A stretch of DNA of 64,000 nucleotides from the human T2T-CHM13v2.0 reference genome, Homo sapiens, in assembly GCF_009914755.1 (NCBI RefSeq), contig NC_060942.1; one strand, 5' to 3'. The notes beneath the pieces are model-generated. The model saw nothing but the letters and a program-made list of their open reading frames with translations. It was not told where the DNA came from and did no database searches. The translations under genes were made by a program, and so were the position numbers. This document shows, in pieces, positions 34,545 to 48,945 of the stretch (positions are counted from its first letter, which is position 1; every line of letters starts with the position of its first letter).

Positions 34545-35035
34545 ACGTGTGATTACTTACACTGTGAGTAATAGAACGCTGAAGCATAGTGACTTCAATG
34601 CACACAAGTATACTCATTCATGTAAAAAACTGTCTGGAAGGAGACAGACTGAAGCTGCCATGGCAGTTCCACAAGGTCATTAGGGACTCATCCTCTTCTC
34701 TTTCTTCTCCAGCATCTTTGCTGCATGATTTTCATCCTCAAGGTCACCTTTTGATTCAAAATGTCAGCTGGAAATGCTGCACTCTGGTCCACATTTCAGA
34801 CCCCAGAAGGGGCAAAAGGTAACAAAGGTGGCCTTCATTTTAAGCAGCCTTCCCTGATGTCCTTCGGAGCACTTCCAGTCACATCTTATTGGCCAGGAGC
34901 TAATCAGGGGACCACACCTTGGTAAAGAAGCTTGGGAGCTGTCATTTTTATCCTGGGTAGCAACATTCCCAGCTAAATGCCATGCTTCTGCTACTACCGA
35001 AGGAGAAAATGGAGACAGACTAGCAACCAGCACTT
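34545..35035 (-). mobile_element. MLT1J-like solo LTR
   Basis: catcctcaaggtcacc...aaaatgtcagctg...catcttattggccag...gggagctgtcatttttatcctggg. Confidence 0.65.
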
Positions 35036-35149
35036 CCTGTTGACCTGCCGTTAATATGCCATACTATACTTGCCTGGTTGTCTGTCTTTGCTAAAAGAAT
35101 GTGTGCTCCAAGTGCCTAGTGCAGTACTCAGCACAGAGTAGGGAGTCCA

Positions 35150-35400
35150 AAAACTTTTAAATTTACATGGAAGTTTATCACACATACATGAGTGCACTCA
35201 ACTGTATATCTTGATAAATTTCCACATATGACTACACATATATAACCGCCACCCAGATCAAGCTGTAGACAATTTCCAGAAGGTTCCTTCATGCCCCTTC
35301 CCAGTCAACTCTCTTATCAATAGCACACTTTTCTGACCTCTCTCACCCCAAGTACTTTTGTCTGTTCATGAACTCCACATGAAGAAAAGCATATGGCACC
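35150..35400 (-). mobile_element. L1ME-class 3' end fragment
   Basis: ccacccagatcaag...tccagaaggttccttcatgccccttcccagtcaa. Confidence 0.7.
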
Positions 35401-35615
35401 TGGCATTTTAGCCAAACCAATGAATGATTTCTGGAAAAAGTGACCATCCATTCCAGATGTTCTGGGTTAGTCTTCACTTCAAATAAGTTGTTGTTATAAA
35501 AACTTACTTTTATAGTATTTGGTTTCTAATGGACATAGAAACCCAATGCTGTCAACAGATATTATAGAGTCCAATTCCCTTTGGTCTGCAACACTTCCAT
35601 AATAAAATTTTCTCA

Positions 35616-36259
<644 letters not shown>

Positions 36260-37315
36260 TCAGAAACCGAAAAGTGGGCCCCAGGTTTGTTAATCAGGCT
36301 CAGCAGGATGTGGGAAAATCTTGGCAGAAATGAAAGCAGCAGACAAAAGGCTGTCAGAGCTGGGTCTGATGGGAAGGCAGCGCTGCTTGGTAGCAGAAGC
36401 AGAGCATCTCCCTGACGTATGAAAATGACCCCATTCTTCCAGGAAGCCTCCCCAGAAAGTTTGACCTGTTGCAAGTCAGGCTTTGGCTACAACCAGGAAG
36501 TTGATGGGGATGACACTGGGGAGGGAGGAGAGGGTATTGGGAAGGGAGGAGGGAGTTCACCAGGATGAGGAAGCAATGGCTCCATTCGTGGGGGAGAAAT
36601 GTGGACATGTGGGAATGAGGGGTGCTGTCTTCCCTCTTCCCTTCAGGACCGTGTGCATCAGCATGCCCCAATAGGTCCCAGAGAACAGAGCTCAAGCCTC
36701 GTCCTCTAACACCAGAGGTGCCAGATGATCATTATGGGACAGCTCAACCTATGACCCATAGTGGAGTGGTCAGTGCTGGGCTGGATCTTCTGTTCCAGGT
36801 GCTTCTCTTGACCTAGTCCTGAGACCTCTTCCCATTCTTCTTTCCTCCTTTTACCAAGTTAGCACCACAGGACCACCATTCAATTCAGCCTTTTAGGGTG
36901 AGGGTGGGATGACTCCCCTGAAGCCACTGCTCCCCAAAGGACCTGGCTGGGTTGTCTTCTGGGGGCTGCGCCACTCACCTGGCACCTTCTCCTTTGGACT
37001 CTTAAGCACAACAGCCTAGTCAATCCACACTGGAGGAACAGCGTGTAATGCCCCAAAGGGGACCCAGAGGGTCACAGCTCAGGGATATAGTTGGGGATAA
37101 TGGGCACTTACCTTGTCTCAGAGGGGATTAGTGCTCCTGTGGTCAACCAGGGTGATTCTCTGCCCTTCTCTCACTGAAAAAGAGAAAAAAGGATATTGAA
37201 TCTCCATAAGGGCATCTGAATACACCACAGTGAGGATGCTGGAGGGAAAGGCTCCTTTGCCCTTTGTCTTTTGCCCTGCCCCAATGTATCTGGTGTCTCA
37301 AGGCCCCTCAAGCCC

Positions 37316-37694
37316 TGTTGTGGGCTGAAATGCATCCTCCCAAATTCATATGTTGAAGTTCTAACCCCCAGCACCTCTCAATGTGACTGTATTTGGAGAA
37401 AGCACCTCTAAAGAGGTAACTTGGTTAAAATCAAGTCCTGTGGGAAGGCCCTTATCCAGTAGGACTGGTGTCCATGTAAACAGAGCTTGAAGAGACACTA
37501 GGGATGCACATGTGCAGAGAAAGGCCATGTAAGGATGCAGTGAGAAGGCAGCTGTCTGCAAGCCAAGGAGGGAGGCCTCAGAAGGACCCGGTCCTGCCAA
37601 CTTCCAGCCTCCAGAACAGTGGGAAAATAAAGTTCTGTTGTCTAAGACACCCAATCCCGATAGTTTGTTATGGCAGGCCTAGCAAACTAATACA
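37316..37694 (+). mobile_element. MLT1A-class MaLR solo LTR
   Basis: tgttgtgggctgaa...cccaaattcatatgttgaag ... cctagcaaactaataca; 5-bp TSD agccc/aaccc. Confidence 0.88.
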
Positions 37695-38073
37695 AACCCT
37701 ATTTCCTCTATGAAAGTTTTCTTTATATCTTAATGAATTTGGTTACTATTATGACAGATCTCTAATGTTTTCTAAAAAAAAAATCAAACAAATCCTTATA
37801 GCAGCAGTCCCTGGAAACCCACACAGAAAATTCTGTCCCACATTATCCCATTCAAATAGCCGTTCCTGATAAGAAATGATTCCCGACTGTGAGGAATCAG
37901 ATCTAGGAGGAAGGACAAGTATGCTTTGACAAAACTCCCTACCCAAGTTTGATTTACTACCTCCACGTTGAAAGTCACAGCTACACAGTTTAACACAAAC
38001 AGTGAAGCACTTGTGACATACTTCTTTATCTTCTGGTTTATTTATTTAGTTCTATCTGTTCAATTCGTCTCCC

Positions 38074-38520
38074 TGTTTTAGCCTGGGTTCCCAGAAAGCA
38101 GAACCTGCAAGAAGGGTTTGGGTGTGAGAATCTTATTGGAGAAAGTGATCCCTTACAGGGAGCAAAAGTGAAAGACGGGAGAAAAGCTGAGCTAGAGGGA
38201 GAGCCAATACAAGGATGCAGGGTGGACGTGGTCCTTTTTATGGGTGATTACTTGCCTGTCCCCACAGGTCCATTTGGGAACTCATATGAAACACATTCAG
38301 GATCTTCCCCTGGGGAAAAAGGAGAAAAGCACTTATTTACTGGCTCCTAGCCGCCATTGGTCAGTTTTGCTCTGTGGGGTGGGTGTTCACTTGTCTGCAC
38401 TTCCTAACTGTGTATGCAGGGGCACTGAATGTGTTCCCATGAGTCCCACGTGGCGGTGCCAGAACAACCTCTGGGCAGGAAGTGAGCAGTACAAGCGGGG
38501 CTGTCCTCAGGGAATACAGG
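38074..38520 (-). mobile_element. LTR16-like ERVL LTR
   Basis: gggttcccagaaagcagaacctg...ttattggagaaagtgatccc...agccaata...tatttactggctcc...cattggtca. Confidence 0.6.
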
Positions 38521-38561
38521 GCCTTGGGCAAATATTCTTTATATATAAACAATCTGATTTA

Positions 38562-38880
<319 letters not shown>

Positions 38881-39858
38881 ATATGTATAACAAATTCCAT
38901 AGGCCTACATGAGATAGAGTGATTTGTCAATGAAGTTTTAGAGTCATGGGTAGGCAATAGATACTGACTTTGTTGTCCTATCAATACACATGAAGAGTTT
39001 TTGTAGTGTCCAGGCACCATCTCTTCCTATCCAGGACCATGAAGTATTCCCTTCCTGCTCATTACTGTTAGATGCACCATTCCTGACTAATCAGATCTTC
39101 CACTGAGAAAAAGGTAGCAATGACTGTCATTACTCACAATGCTGTGGTTCTTTAGAACCTATTTGTATTGAAATAATATGGTTCTTGCCTCTGCAGTTCC
39201 CTAATACCATAGATTTAATGATGTTTACATCATTACCCATAATGCTGCATCATCTTTTAAGCCACCTGTGGATAGGATACTGGTTTCCAATGGTTCTCTC
39301 AAAGGTTGTTAATGTGCTTCACTGATGATGACTATAAATGCAAGTCTTACTCAGAGTATGCAGGGGAATGTGAATAAGAATTCTTTTCTGAACATACATG
39401 GTAAATTTTCCCTTCTGAATTTTGTAATGTAAATATTGAACAGCATGTCTTCCAACCATGTCTTCCCTTCAACATGTCTTCCCTTTGACAGTAATCACTG
39501 CATCCTAGAATGTGATCTATTTCAATGCCGATTTCACTCCAGCATTCCACACACCACCATCAAAATGGAGGACAGGTGAAAGGCCTGTCGGGGAGAGCTA
39601 GAAGAGCAGAACAGCTTCCACAGGGAACATTTGTCCTTCACTCAGCAGGGCTGCAGACTGACCAGGAGAGCATGAAATCACCACGTCAATCAGAAGAGCC
39701 CACTGGCTAGGGGAACCAGAGTTCTAAAAGCCTTTGGAGGAGACAAAAAGGGCCATTCCTAGATAATTGCCTTCTTGGAACCAGCCACAATTGGGCTCCA
39801 TATGCCCAAGTCCTGGAGCTCTTTGGGATATCTGATTGACTTCTTGTATGGTGCATGA

Positions 39859-39861
<3 letters not shown>

Positions 39862-39905
<44 letters not shown>

Positions 39906-39916
39906 CACACACATAC
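39862..39916. repeat. (TG)19(CG)3(CA)n alternating purine-pyrimidine microsatellite
   Basis: Direct reading. Confidence 0.95.
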
Positions 39917-41565
39917 CATGGGAGAAATTGGAACCTAGGTCCACGCAGGTCTCAGTCCAGGTTCAATAGTACTTAGAAAATTTTAAGGAAGGAGTTGGGA
40001 GGGGTAGGCAGGTCCTGAGGCTCAGGTCGATGCCTGGGTCCTGCTTGCCTGGATCTAAGGGTGGTACCAGGTATAGGGCATGAGTTGGAGGCACCACAGT
40101 TAGGTTGGTCCCATAGGAAGCTGGCTGAGGCCCTTTAGAACAGCTCACTTTAGCAATGGCTAAAATAAGAGGCAGCGAGGCGTAGAGGATCTACAGTGAT
40201 GCATAAGAAGGTCTGACAAACTCCCCCATGCGATTTTAAACTCCTTAAGGACTTCCATGTCTATTCTTTTTTTTATATGCCTCACAGCATATAGCATAGG
40301 CTGTGAGGATTTAATAAGTGCTAAATAAACGCATTTATTCTGTCAGTCATTTAAAAACTTTTACTGAGGTTCTGCCTCATATATGCAAAGAAACACTAGG
40401 CTTTGTGAAGAATACAAGGAAATACACAATCCAATCCCTGACTATGAGAACATTCAGTTGAAGAAAGGGGTTGTCAAACCTGAAATTATGACAAGAATCC
40501 ATCCCTTCCCTAAGTGTTATATAGTGTCTAGTCCCTGGGACTCAATAAATATTTGTTGAATGAATTAATGTTCATATTAGGAGCTTTGGATTATCATGTC
40601 CAGAATATAGGCTCCCATTTGGGGGCTACAACGAAGTAAATAAATAAGCATTTATCAAACATCCTGGGCTGGGCACTGATTAGCACCTGAGAAGCAACAG
40701 AGAAGATTCGTGCCTGCTCAAAGCTGATAATCCCACTGGGGAAAGGAGGAAATCTACAGAAAACAATCAAAGAACCAGCAAAGGTATTATGGATCTGAGT
40801 CAAAGCAGGTGACTCAGACCTTAGGGTACACACCTGTGTGCCCCTCATAGCTCATCACACAAGTTGCATAAACACAAGTTTAGTTAATGAGGAAACAAAG
40901 ATATAAAATCATAGATTACCTTATAGGAGCTTACACCCAGAGCCAGACCTTAGGGAAACAAATAGAATGTCTCTTTGGTGCTATCCTAACATCCCTCTAG
41001 GACCCTCTGAATTTTGCTATTCTAAGGTACTAAGACCCTCTTTCCAGCTGCTCAGAGCCTCTATACCAGTGTATCCCTTGGCTAACTCGGCCTGGGCAAT
41101 GAATCATATCCTGAACCTATTTCCTACTTCTCCACACTCACCATCACATCTACCCACTAGAGCAAATATTCAGGGCATAAATCTATGTCCCCAGGTTGAT
41201 GTCCTCAAACTTGGCCCAAATAAACTCTCCATATAGATATTTAAAATTACCTACTTCCAACTCTTTCTTGTCGATCGGTGTGAGAATCTCTTGCTGATTA
41301 GTATCAAGTGACTGATGATACTTGCGTGAGTGCCTCTATTGCCTGCAGGTAAGACCTCCTCTTTCCATGCCTAGAGAATGCTGGGGAATATGCTGAGTGC
41401 CTTTCACCTTACCCCGCAAGGCAACTGGGAGTTTTGAAACTAATGAGGCTGATTGTAGTCAGAGCCACTCTGAAAGGGCCACTCTGTGAATGTCACAGTT
41501 CTTAGATGTCTAGAAAGACGCTTCACAAAAATGATACCACCTTTTGCCTACAAAAGAAATCAGTA

Positions 41566-42189
41566 CAGTTAACCCTTGAACAACATGGGTTTCAACTATG
41601 CAGGTCCACTTATGCACAGATTTTCTTCTACCTCTGCCACCCCTGAGACAGCAAGACCAACCCCTTCTCTTTTTCCCTGTCTTTAGCCACTCAATGTGAA
41701 AACGATGAGGATAAAGACCTCTTTGATGATCCACTTTCACTTAACGAATAGTGAATATATTTTCTCTTCCTTACGATTTTCTTAATAACATTTTCTTTTC
41801 TCTAGCTTACTTTATTGTAAGAATACAGTATATAATACCTATAACATACAAAATATGTGTTAATTGCTAGTTTATGTTATCAGTAGGTTTCTACTCACCA
41901 GTAGGCTATTAGTACTTAAGTGTTTGAGGAGCCAAAAGTTACTAGCCAGGCATGGTGGCACGCACCTGTGGTCCCAGCTACTTGGGAGGCTGAGGTGGAA
42001 GAATCACTTAAGCTCAGTGGTTGAAGCTGCAGTGAACCCTGATTGTGCCACTGTAGTACAGCTTAATGATAGAGCAAGACTCCATCTCAAAAAAACAAAA
42101 AGCCCCCCAAAACACAAAAGTTATACGCAGATTTTCAACTGCATAAGGCTGTTGGCACGCCGAACCCCACATGGTTAAAGAGTCAATTG
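41566..42189 (+). mobile_element. Tigger2a-like DNA transposon with an Alu right monomer nested at ~41942-42115
   Basis: TA|cagttaacccttgaacaac ... gttaaagagtcaattg|TA termini; caaaagtta duplicated around the Alu monomer. Confidence 0.88.
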
Positions 42190-42304
42190 TACTTAAATTC
42201 CACCATTAGAAATAATATATAAAGTGCTGATATCATTGGTAAAGCTAATCCAGGGATTTGTAATCTAAAAGTCATCTATAATCACGATCCTAGAAATCAT
42301 CACA

Positions 42305-42482
42305 TCTGGGGTTCTCAAGCCTGGCTTCACATCAGAACCTCCTGGGAGACTTTTAAAATACATTGATGCCTTGGCTCTGCCCCCAGATATTCCTATTTAA
42401 CTGGCTGTTATGGATCCTGGATACTGGTAGTTTTAAAGCTTCCCAGATTGTTCCAGTGTACAACCAAGACTGAGAATCACTG
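42305..42482. mobile_element. MER5A/B-like hAT relic
   Basis: ggttctcaagcctggcttcacatcagaacc...tgagaatcactg. Confidence 0.75.
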
Positions 42483-44115
42483 ACCTAATCCCTCCTTGCC
42501 CCCACTCCTTGACATTATTCATGAGGAAATGAGAATTAGAGAAGGGTGACAGGAACTTGCTCAAGTTTATAAAGCCAGGTAGTGCCAAAGCCAGCACTAG
42601 ACCCTCAGCCCCTTGGTTCCTGCTCAGAATACCACCTTCTACTGCACAGCTATAATGATGGATGAGAATGCTCTTCCTGAGTGCAGCTTTTCATAGAGAA
42701 GGGATGGGGAGAAGGTCCAAGGGTGCTGACACCTGGGAAAAGGAGAGGAGGAAGAAGGTACCCAAGGTGGAGAAACCACGGTCAGGTGTGCCCCACTTTA
42801 CAAGAGCAGAGTGCAATGCTGGCAGGCAACCATGTTCACATTCATTTGCACAGCCTGTACTGGGGGAAGAAGAAATTAGTTTAGTCCTAAGATTACACTC
42901 TGTGGTCATTGTTGCAGCCTCCACTGTTACCAGCTTTGTATCACTGTCAATGTTACCGCAGTCCCCAAGCCCAGGTACAATTCCCAGCTCTGAAAAGGCC
43001 GCACAGGGCCTGATCTGCTCCCTTCCCTTGTCCAGGGAAAATTGCAGTCGACACAAATACAGCCAATCCCAGGAGACAGTCATGCTGAAAGGGCCCTGTG
43101 TCCTAGAGGCTGCATATAATCCCCAATTATCCCCCAGTTTCCCCAGGGAGAGAATGGAGAGGTGAGGGCTTTCAAAAGCCAGCATCCCTTCAGTCTCCAT
43201 TATGCGGAGACTCACACAGCCTCCTTTCTCCAAACAGCACAGAAGGTCACAGGGACACGGGGCAACAGAGGCAGCTCTTTCAGGCTGGGAGAACAGCCTT
43301 CCTCCCTGTCTCAACCCAACCAGAGAACCCCGGCTTTCTTTTTAAGCCATAGAAATGAAGATGGGAGCACTGCTGCAGAAATCCAGCATCACACGAGTTG
43401 CCTTCCAGCCAACTCCGTGGAGCATTGGTTAAGACCTACAGAGAAGTCCAAGCCAGGAGGTCTTGCTGTCATCAAAGACAGCAAGGTCTTGCTGTTCCGT
43501 GCTCTGTGCTCTGTGAACTCCTTTCTGACCACCACCCCTCACCCAGAGCCACTCAAGTCCTCTCTCAGCAGCACTGACTGTCCTCCCTGGTCATCAGACT
43601 CCACCTGAAGCTGTTCTCTGTCCTTGCCCTTGTGTCACTGCATGTGTCCGCCACACTGGCAAGTCCTCAAGGCAGGAAACACACCATCTTCTTGTCTAGC
43701 TTTGCTTCCCCACGTGAATTAACACAGTACTGAGCTCACAGTAAACCCAAGGCTGTAAATATTCATAGAATTCACTAATATATTGGGAGATAAGCTATTT
43801 CCTGGCCTCCAAATGTGAATCTCTGGGCTTTATTTCACCCTCTTTTTCACCCCTAGAAACACTTAAGTTTTAGCAATGCACATACAGCTCACGAAAAGCA
43901 CTTATCCCTACATTCTACACGTATTTAGAGGAGGGTGTATCCTGCAGTATTTAAGAGTATGGAGTCCTAATGCTTGGATTTTGAGTCCTAACTACCTGAG
44001 TTACTTTGGGCAAGTAATTTAATCTTTTCAAGTCTTGGGTTTCTCATCTGTAAAATGAAGATAATATTGGTGCCTAGCTCCTTGCATTGCAGTGAAGATT
44101 AAAATAGGTACCGCA

Positions 44116-44420
44116 GGCCAGGTGGGGTGGCTGACACCCGTAATCCCAGAACTGTGGGAGGCTGAGGCAGGAGAATCACTCGAGCTCAGGAGTTCAAGAC
44201 CAGCCTGGGCAATATAGAAAGACTCTGTCTCTACAAAAAATTAAAAAATTAGCTGGGCATGGTGGCAACGACCAGTGGTCCCAGCTACTTGGAAAGCTGA
44301 GGTGGGAAGATCACTTGAGCCCAGGAGATTGAGGCTGCTGTTAGCCATTATCGTATCAACGCACTCCAGCTGGGCAACAGAGCGATCCACTGTCTCAGAA
44401 CAAACAACAACAACAAAAAG
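44116..44420 (+). mobile_element. AluJ inserted in a MIR
   Basis: Diverged dimer with a (CAA)n tail; MIR core ctcatctgtaaaatgaagataat upstream. Confidence 0.88.
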
Positions 44421-44489
44421 ACTTACTGCAGGTAATATTCTTAGCATGCTCCCTGGTACATGGTAATTGCTAGATAAAAGTGAGGCACA

Positions 44490-45261
44490 GTCATTAGAGA
44501 AATGCAGATCAAAACCACAATGAGATACCATCTCATGCCAGTTAGAATGGCCATCATAAAAAGTCAGGAAACAACAGATATTGGAGAGGATGTGGAGAAA
44601 TAGGAATGCTTTTACACTGTTGGTGGGAGTGTAAATTAGTTCAACCATTGTGGAAGACAGTGTGGCGATTCCTTAAGGATCTAGAACCAGAAATACCATT
44701 TGACCCAGCAACCCCATTACTGGGTATATACCCAAATGATTATAAATCATTCTACTATAAAGACACATGCACATGTATGTTTATTGCAGCACTATTCACA
44801 ATAGCAAAGACTTGGAACCAACGCAAATGCCCATCAATGATAGAGTGGATAAAGAAAATGTGGCACATATACACCATGGAATACTACGCAGCCATAAAAA
44901 GGATGAGTTCACGTCCTTTGCAGGACATGGTTGAAGCTGGAAACCATCATTCTCAGCAAACTAACACAGGAACAGAAAACCAAACACTGCATGTTCTCAC
45001 TCATAAGTGGGAATTGAACAATGAGAACACATGGACACAGGGAGGGGAACATCACACATCGGGTCCTGTTGGGGGTTGGGGGGCAAGGGGAGGGAGAGCA
45101 TTAGGACAAATACCGAATGCATGTGGGGCTTAAAATCTAGATGACGGGTTGATAAGTGCAGCCAACCACCATGGCACATGTATACCTGTGTAACAAACCT
45201 GCACGTTCTGCACATGTATCCCAGAACTTAAAGTATAATAAATAACAAAAAATAAAAATTA
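44490..45261 (+). mobile_element. 5'-truncated L1PA (L1PA8-like) 3' end
   Basis: ORF2 C-terminal frame ([20 protein letters not shown]); gcatgtggggcttaaaatctagatgacggg; TSD aaaagtgaggca at 44476-44487 and 45262-45273. Confidence 0.93.
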
Positions 45262-47228
45262 AAAAGTGAGGCATAATTATTGATATTTATTGAATACCTA
45301 CATATCTTTTGGCTGGCATGGCACTGTGCATATGAAGGGAGAAAAAGCAAATGTGTGGTGTTAAGATTCATAATCTATTGGGGGGAAGACCCTTAAAAAA
45401 CCCCTACATAGTATTCTTACCACTGCAATGTAGAGATACAGACAGGGTATTTTGGGGAGTACAGAGCAAGAAACCCAAGAAGACTTCCTGAAGGAAGTGA
45501 CAACTGAGTGTGAGATGAACAGAGGGCTAGAGATGGGGTGGGGATCGCATTTTAGCCAAAGGAAACTAGGTGAACCAGGGTTTATGACAACCAGGGGCAA
45601 GAACCATCCCATTAAGTGTGTGTAAGGCAGTAGGAGAACTGATTGTTTCATATTGCTGGAACATTAAACTGAAGACAGGACGTAGTAAGACCGTGAGATC
45701 CTGCAGCTACCTCTTCCTTTCCCCCATCACCAGTGTTGGTCAACAGAGGCGCCTCAGAGTGAGAGAAGCGGAAGAGAGTACCTCCTTGGTGTCTGCCATC
45801 CATTTCCTTTAGGAAGCATGTGCCAGAGGATGACGAGGACCTGACGATAGAATCTGCCTTACATCTGAGCCCTGCACTGAAGCACTGCCATCCATGTGAG
45901 CCCTGCACCAGGGCAAACTTGCAGGATTGAATGGCAAAACCCACGGCTCAGAGAGCCCCTCATCTGGGATCACCACCTCCAACCAGGAGGCAAGCTGGGC
46001 AAAGGTGTGGAAGAGAGTCTGTGCCCCATGTGAGCCTCCTGCCTCCTTGCCTCCTCACAGGCCTGTCCCTGGAGTGCAGTGGTCACTGATCCTGGTCGCC
46101 ACAGACCTCACCACACACCACACGGAGGGATGAATTCACCAAGTGGAAGGACCTGCTTGGTGTGGCAGGAATTGCCCTTTTATGCTCTTACTCAGGGGGT
46201 GGGGCCACATCTGCATGCCAGGATCTGCCCCCATGACCATCTAAGGAAATTCTCCCTCACCAAGGTCATACACTTCCTGGGTCTATTGCGCTGCCTTATG
46301 GGGCCTGCTGCTGCCAAGGGGAGTGATGGGTACTTGCGGTTGGTGCAGGAAGGAGGTTGGAATCCACGACACACCTCTTACAAAACCCACACATTAATGA
46401 TCTCTCCGAGCCTTGGTTTTCTCTTTTATGAAATGGAAATGATAATACACATCACACAGGGGTTTCCTGAGGATCCAATAAAATAATGCATGTGTGAAAC
46501 TTGGCACATATTAAATGTGAAGAAAGGCTAGTGACTATTGATGTTGATGTTGTTCTTCCAAGGATAAGTGCTGTAATCCAGTTCATGAGTTTCACTTTGT
46601 GCTGTGTCTCAGGTACTCTGACAGGTATGGGGGGTTCTGAGGCACAGATGACCTAGCACTTGTCCTCAGGGATTTTTAGTTTGGTGGTGGAAGGAAATAA
46701 GTAAAAGGATGTCACACTTTGAGGTATAAGTACTGTTGCAGGGGCAAACACAGGAGATGTGGGAGCCCAGGAGGGAGTTTAACACCATGTGGGGCTGGGG
46801 AGGAGGCAGGCAGTTTTTGGAGGATGCAGCTTGTGAGGGGAGTCCTAAAAAAACAGGGGGTGTAAAGCCCAGTGAAGGAGTGGGAGAGAGGGAAGAAATG
46901 AATCCTGGCTCAGGGAGAACATTCCAGGTAGTAGGAATGAGGGCAGGATTAAGTATTCTGGCAAGCCATAGGCTGTCCTGGCAATAATGAGGAAAATATG
47001 GTTTGGTGAGCAGGGTCCATCTGATATGAAGGCTATGTCAGAACAGCAGTTTTTGATGGCTTATCTTTAGTGAGTGTGGCAGGCATGCCGGCTGCCTGCT
47101 AAATATCCATGCTCCTTCTTCCTCACCAACAGGACTCCACATTCTTGAATATGACAAATGCCCAGGTAAAAATCCATTTCCCAGCCTCTCCCCAGCAAAC
47201 AGGGATGGACAGTGAAGTGTGTGTAGAT

Positions 47229-47535
<307 letters not shown>

Positions 47536-47539
47536 ATCT

Positions 47540-47895
47540 TTTTTTTTTTTTTTACTTTTTATAATAAAAAAAGCCCAAACATACACACAAGTACAGAAAA
47601 TAGTGCAAGAACCTCTATGTACTCTTCACATAGTTTTATAGCTATCAACTGTCAACTTGGTGTGGCAGGAATCAACATTTGCCATTCTTGTTTCATCGGT
47701 CCTTCCACTTGTCTTTTTTTTTTCTAGATTATTTTAAAGCACAGACCAGACATTATATTATCTCCACCCATAAATATTTCAGTGTGTCTCTCTAAGGGAT
47801 ACTTTCTTTTTTAATGTAACCACAATACTAATATCATACCTAACAAAATTAACAATAATTCCTTAATATCATCTAATATGCAGTCTGTATTCAAT
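47540..47895 (-). mobile_element. Old L1MC/ME 3' end
   Basis: aaccacaatac...aaaattaacaataattccttaatatcatctaata. Confidence 0.7.
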
Positions 47896-48174
47896 TGAGA
47901 AATCTCTTTAAGGGGACTGACTTGGTAGAAAACTAGGTGGCCCTTTGCCCTTCTCCCTCTCCTTCTGCTGTTACAGGATATTCAGATGGCCCAAGCCCAA
48001 GTCCCCACTTTCACAAACTCACCACTTTGTGACCATGAGTAAACTTTGACAGCGGAAACCACACACTGGGGAAGGTGAAATGGGAAGATGGGAGGAGCTG
48101 GGACCCTGATGGCCACGCAGCCATCACACCAACATGAGACTGCCTAACTCTGGTCATTTTTCTTCCTCAGTCTT

Positions 48175-48945
48175 GCTTTTTGTATTTTTTAATTAATAGA
48201 TTTTTTAAAACTTATGAGCAGTTTCAGGTTTATAGAAAAATTGAGCAGAGAGTACAGACTTCCCAAATCCCCGACACCACCCCCACCGTTTCCCCTAGTA
48301 TTGACATCATGAATGAGTGTGGTGCATTTATTACAGTTGATGAGCAAATATTGTTATGTTATTGTGAACTAAAATCCACAGTTTCCCTTAGGGTTCACTC
48401 TTGCGTAGATTCTATGGGTTTTGATGAAGGCATGATGACTTTTATCCACGATTATAGTATTGTACAGAGTAGTGTCACTGCCTAACAATCCTCTGCCTAT
48501 TCATCCCTCTCTCCCTGCTAATCCCTGGCAACCACTGATCTTTTTACTGTCCCTGCCTTTTCCATAGTGTCATATAGTTGGAATCGTACAGTATGTAGCC
48601 TTTTCAGACTAGCTTCTTTTGCTTAGCAACATGCATTTCAGATTCTTCCATGTCTTTTTGTAGCTTGATAACTCATTTCTTTTCATCGCTAAATAATTTT
48701 CCGTTGTCTGAATGTCCCACAGTTTGTTTATCCACTCACCTATTGAAAGACATCTTGGTTGTTTCCAAGCTTTGGCAATTATGAATAAAGCTGCTATAAA
48801 CATTTATGTGTAGGTTTTTGTGTGGACATAAGTTTTCAACTCATTTGGGTGAGTACCAAGGAGAGCTACTGCTAGATTGTATGATAAGAGTGTGTTTAGT
48901 TCTGTAAGAAGCTGCCAAACTGTCTTCCAAAGTGGCCGTACCATT
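48175..48945 (-). mobile_element. L1MC1/2-like 3' end
   Basis: gagcagtttcaggtttatagaaaaattgagcagagagtacaga...; catttttctt repeated on both flanks. Confidence 0.82.

Noticed and set aside
39440-39485. Short local repeats (catgtcttcc x3; similar at 3461-3480 and 19028-19062)
   Set aside because: Ordinary slippage micro-duplications.
42662-43608. Overlapping 148-207 aa ORFs
   Set aside because: No domain similarity, Kozak context or exon structure that I can see; consistent with chance.
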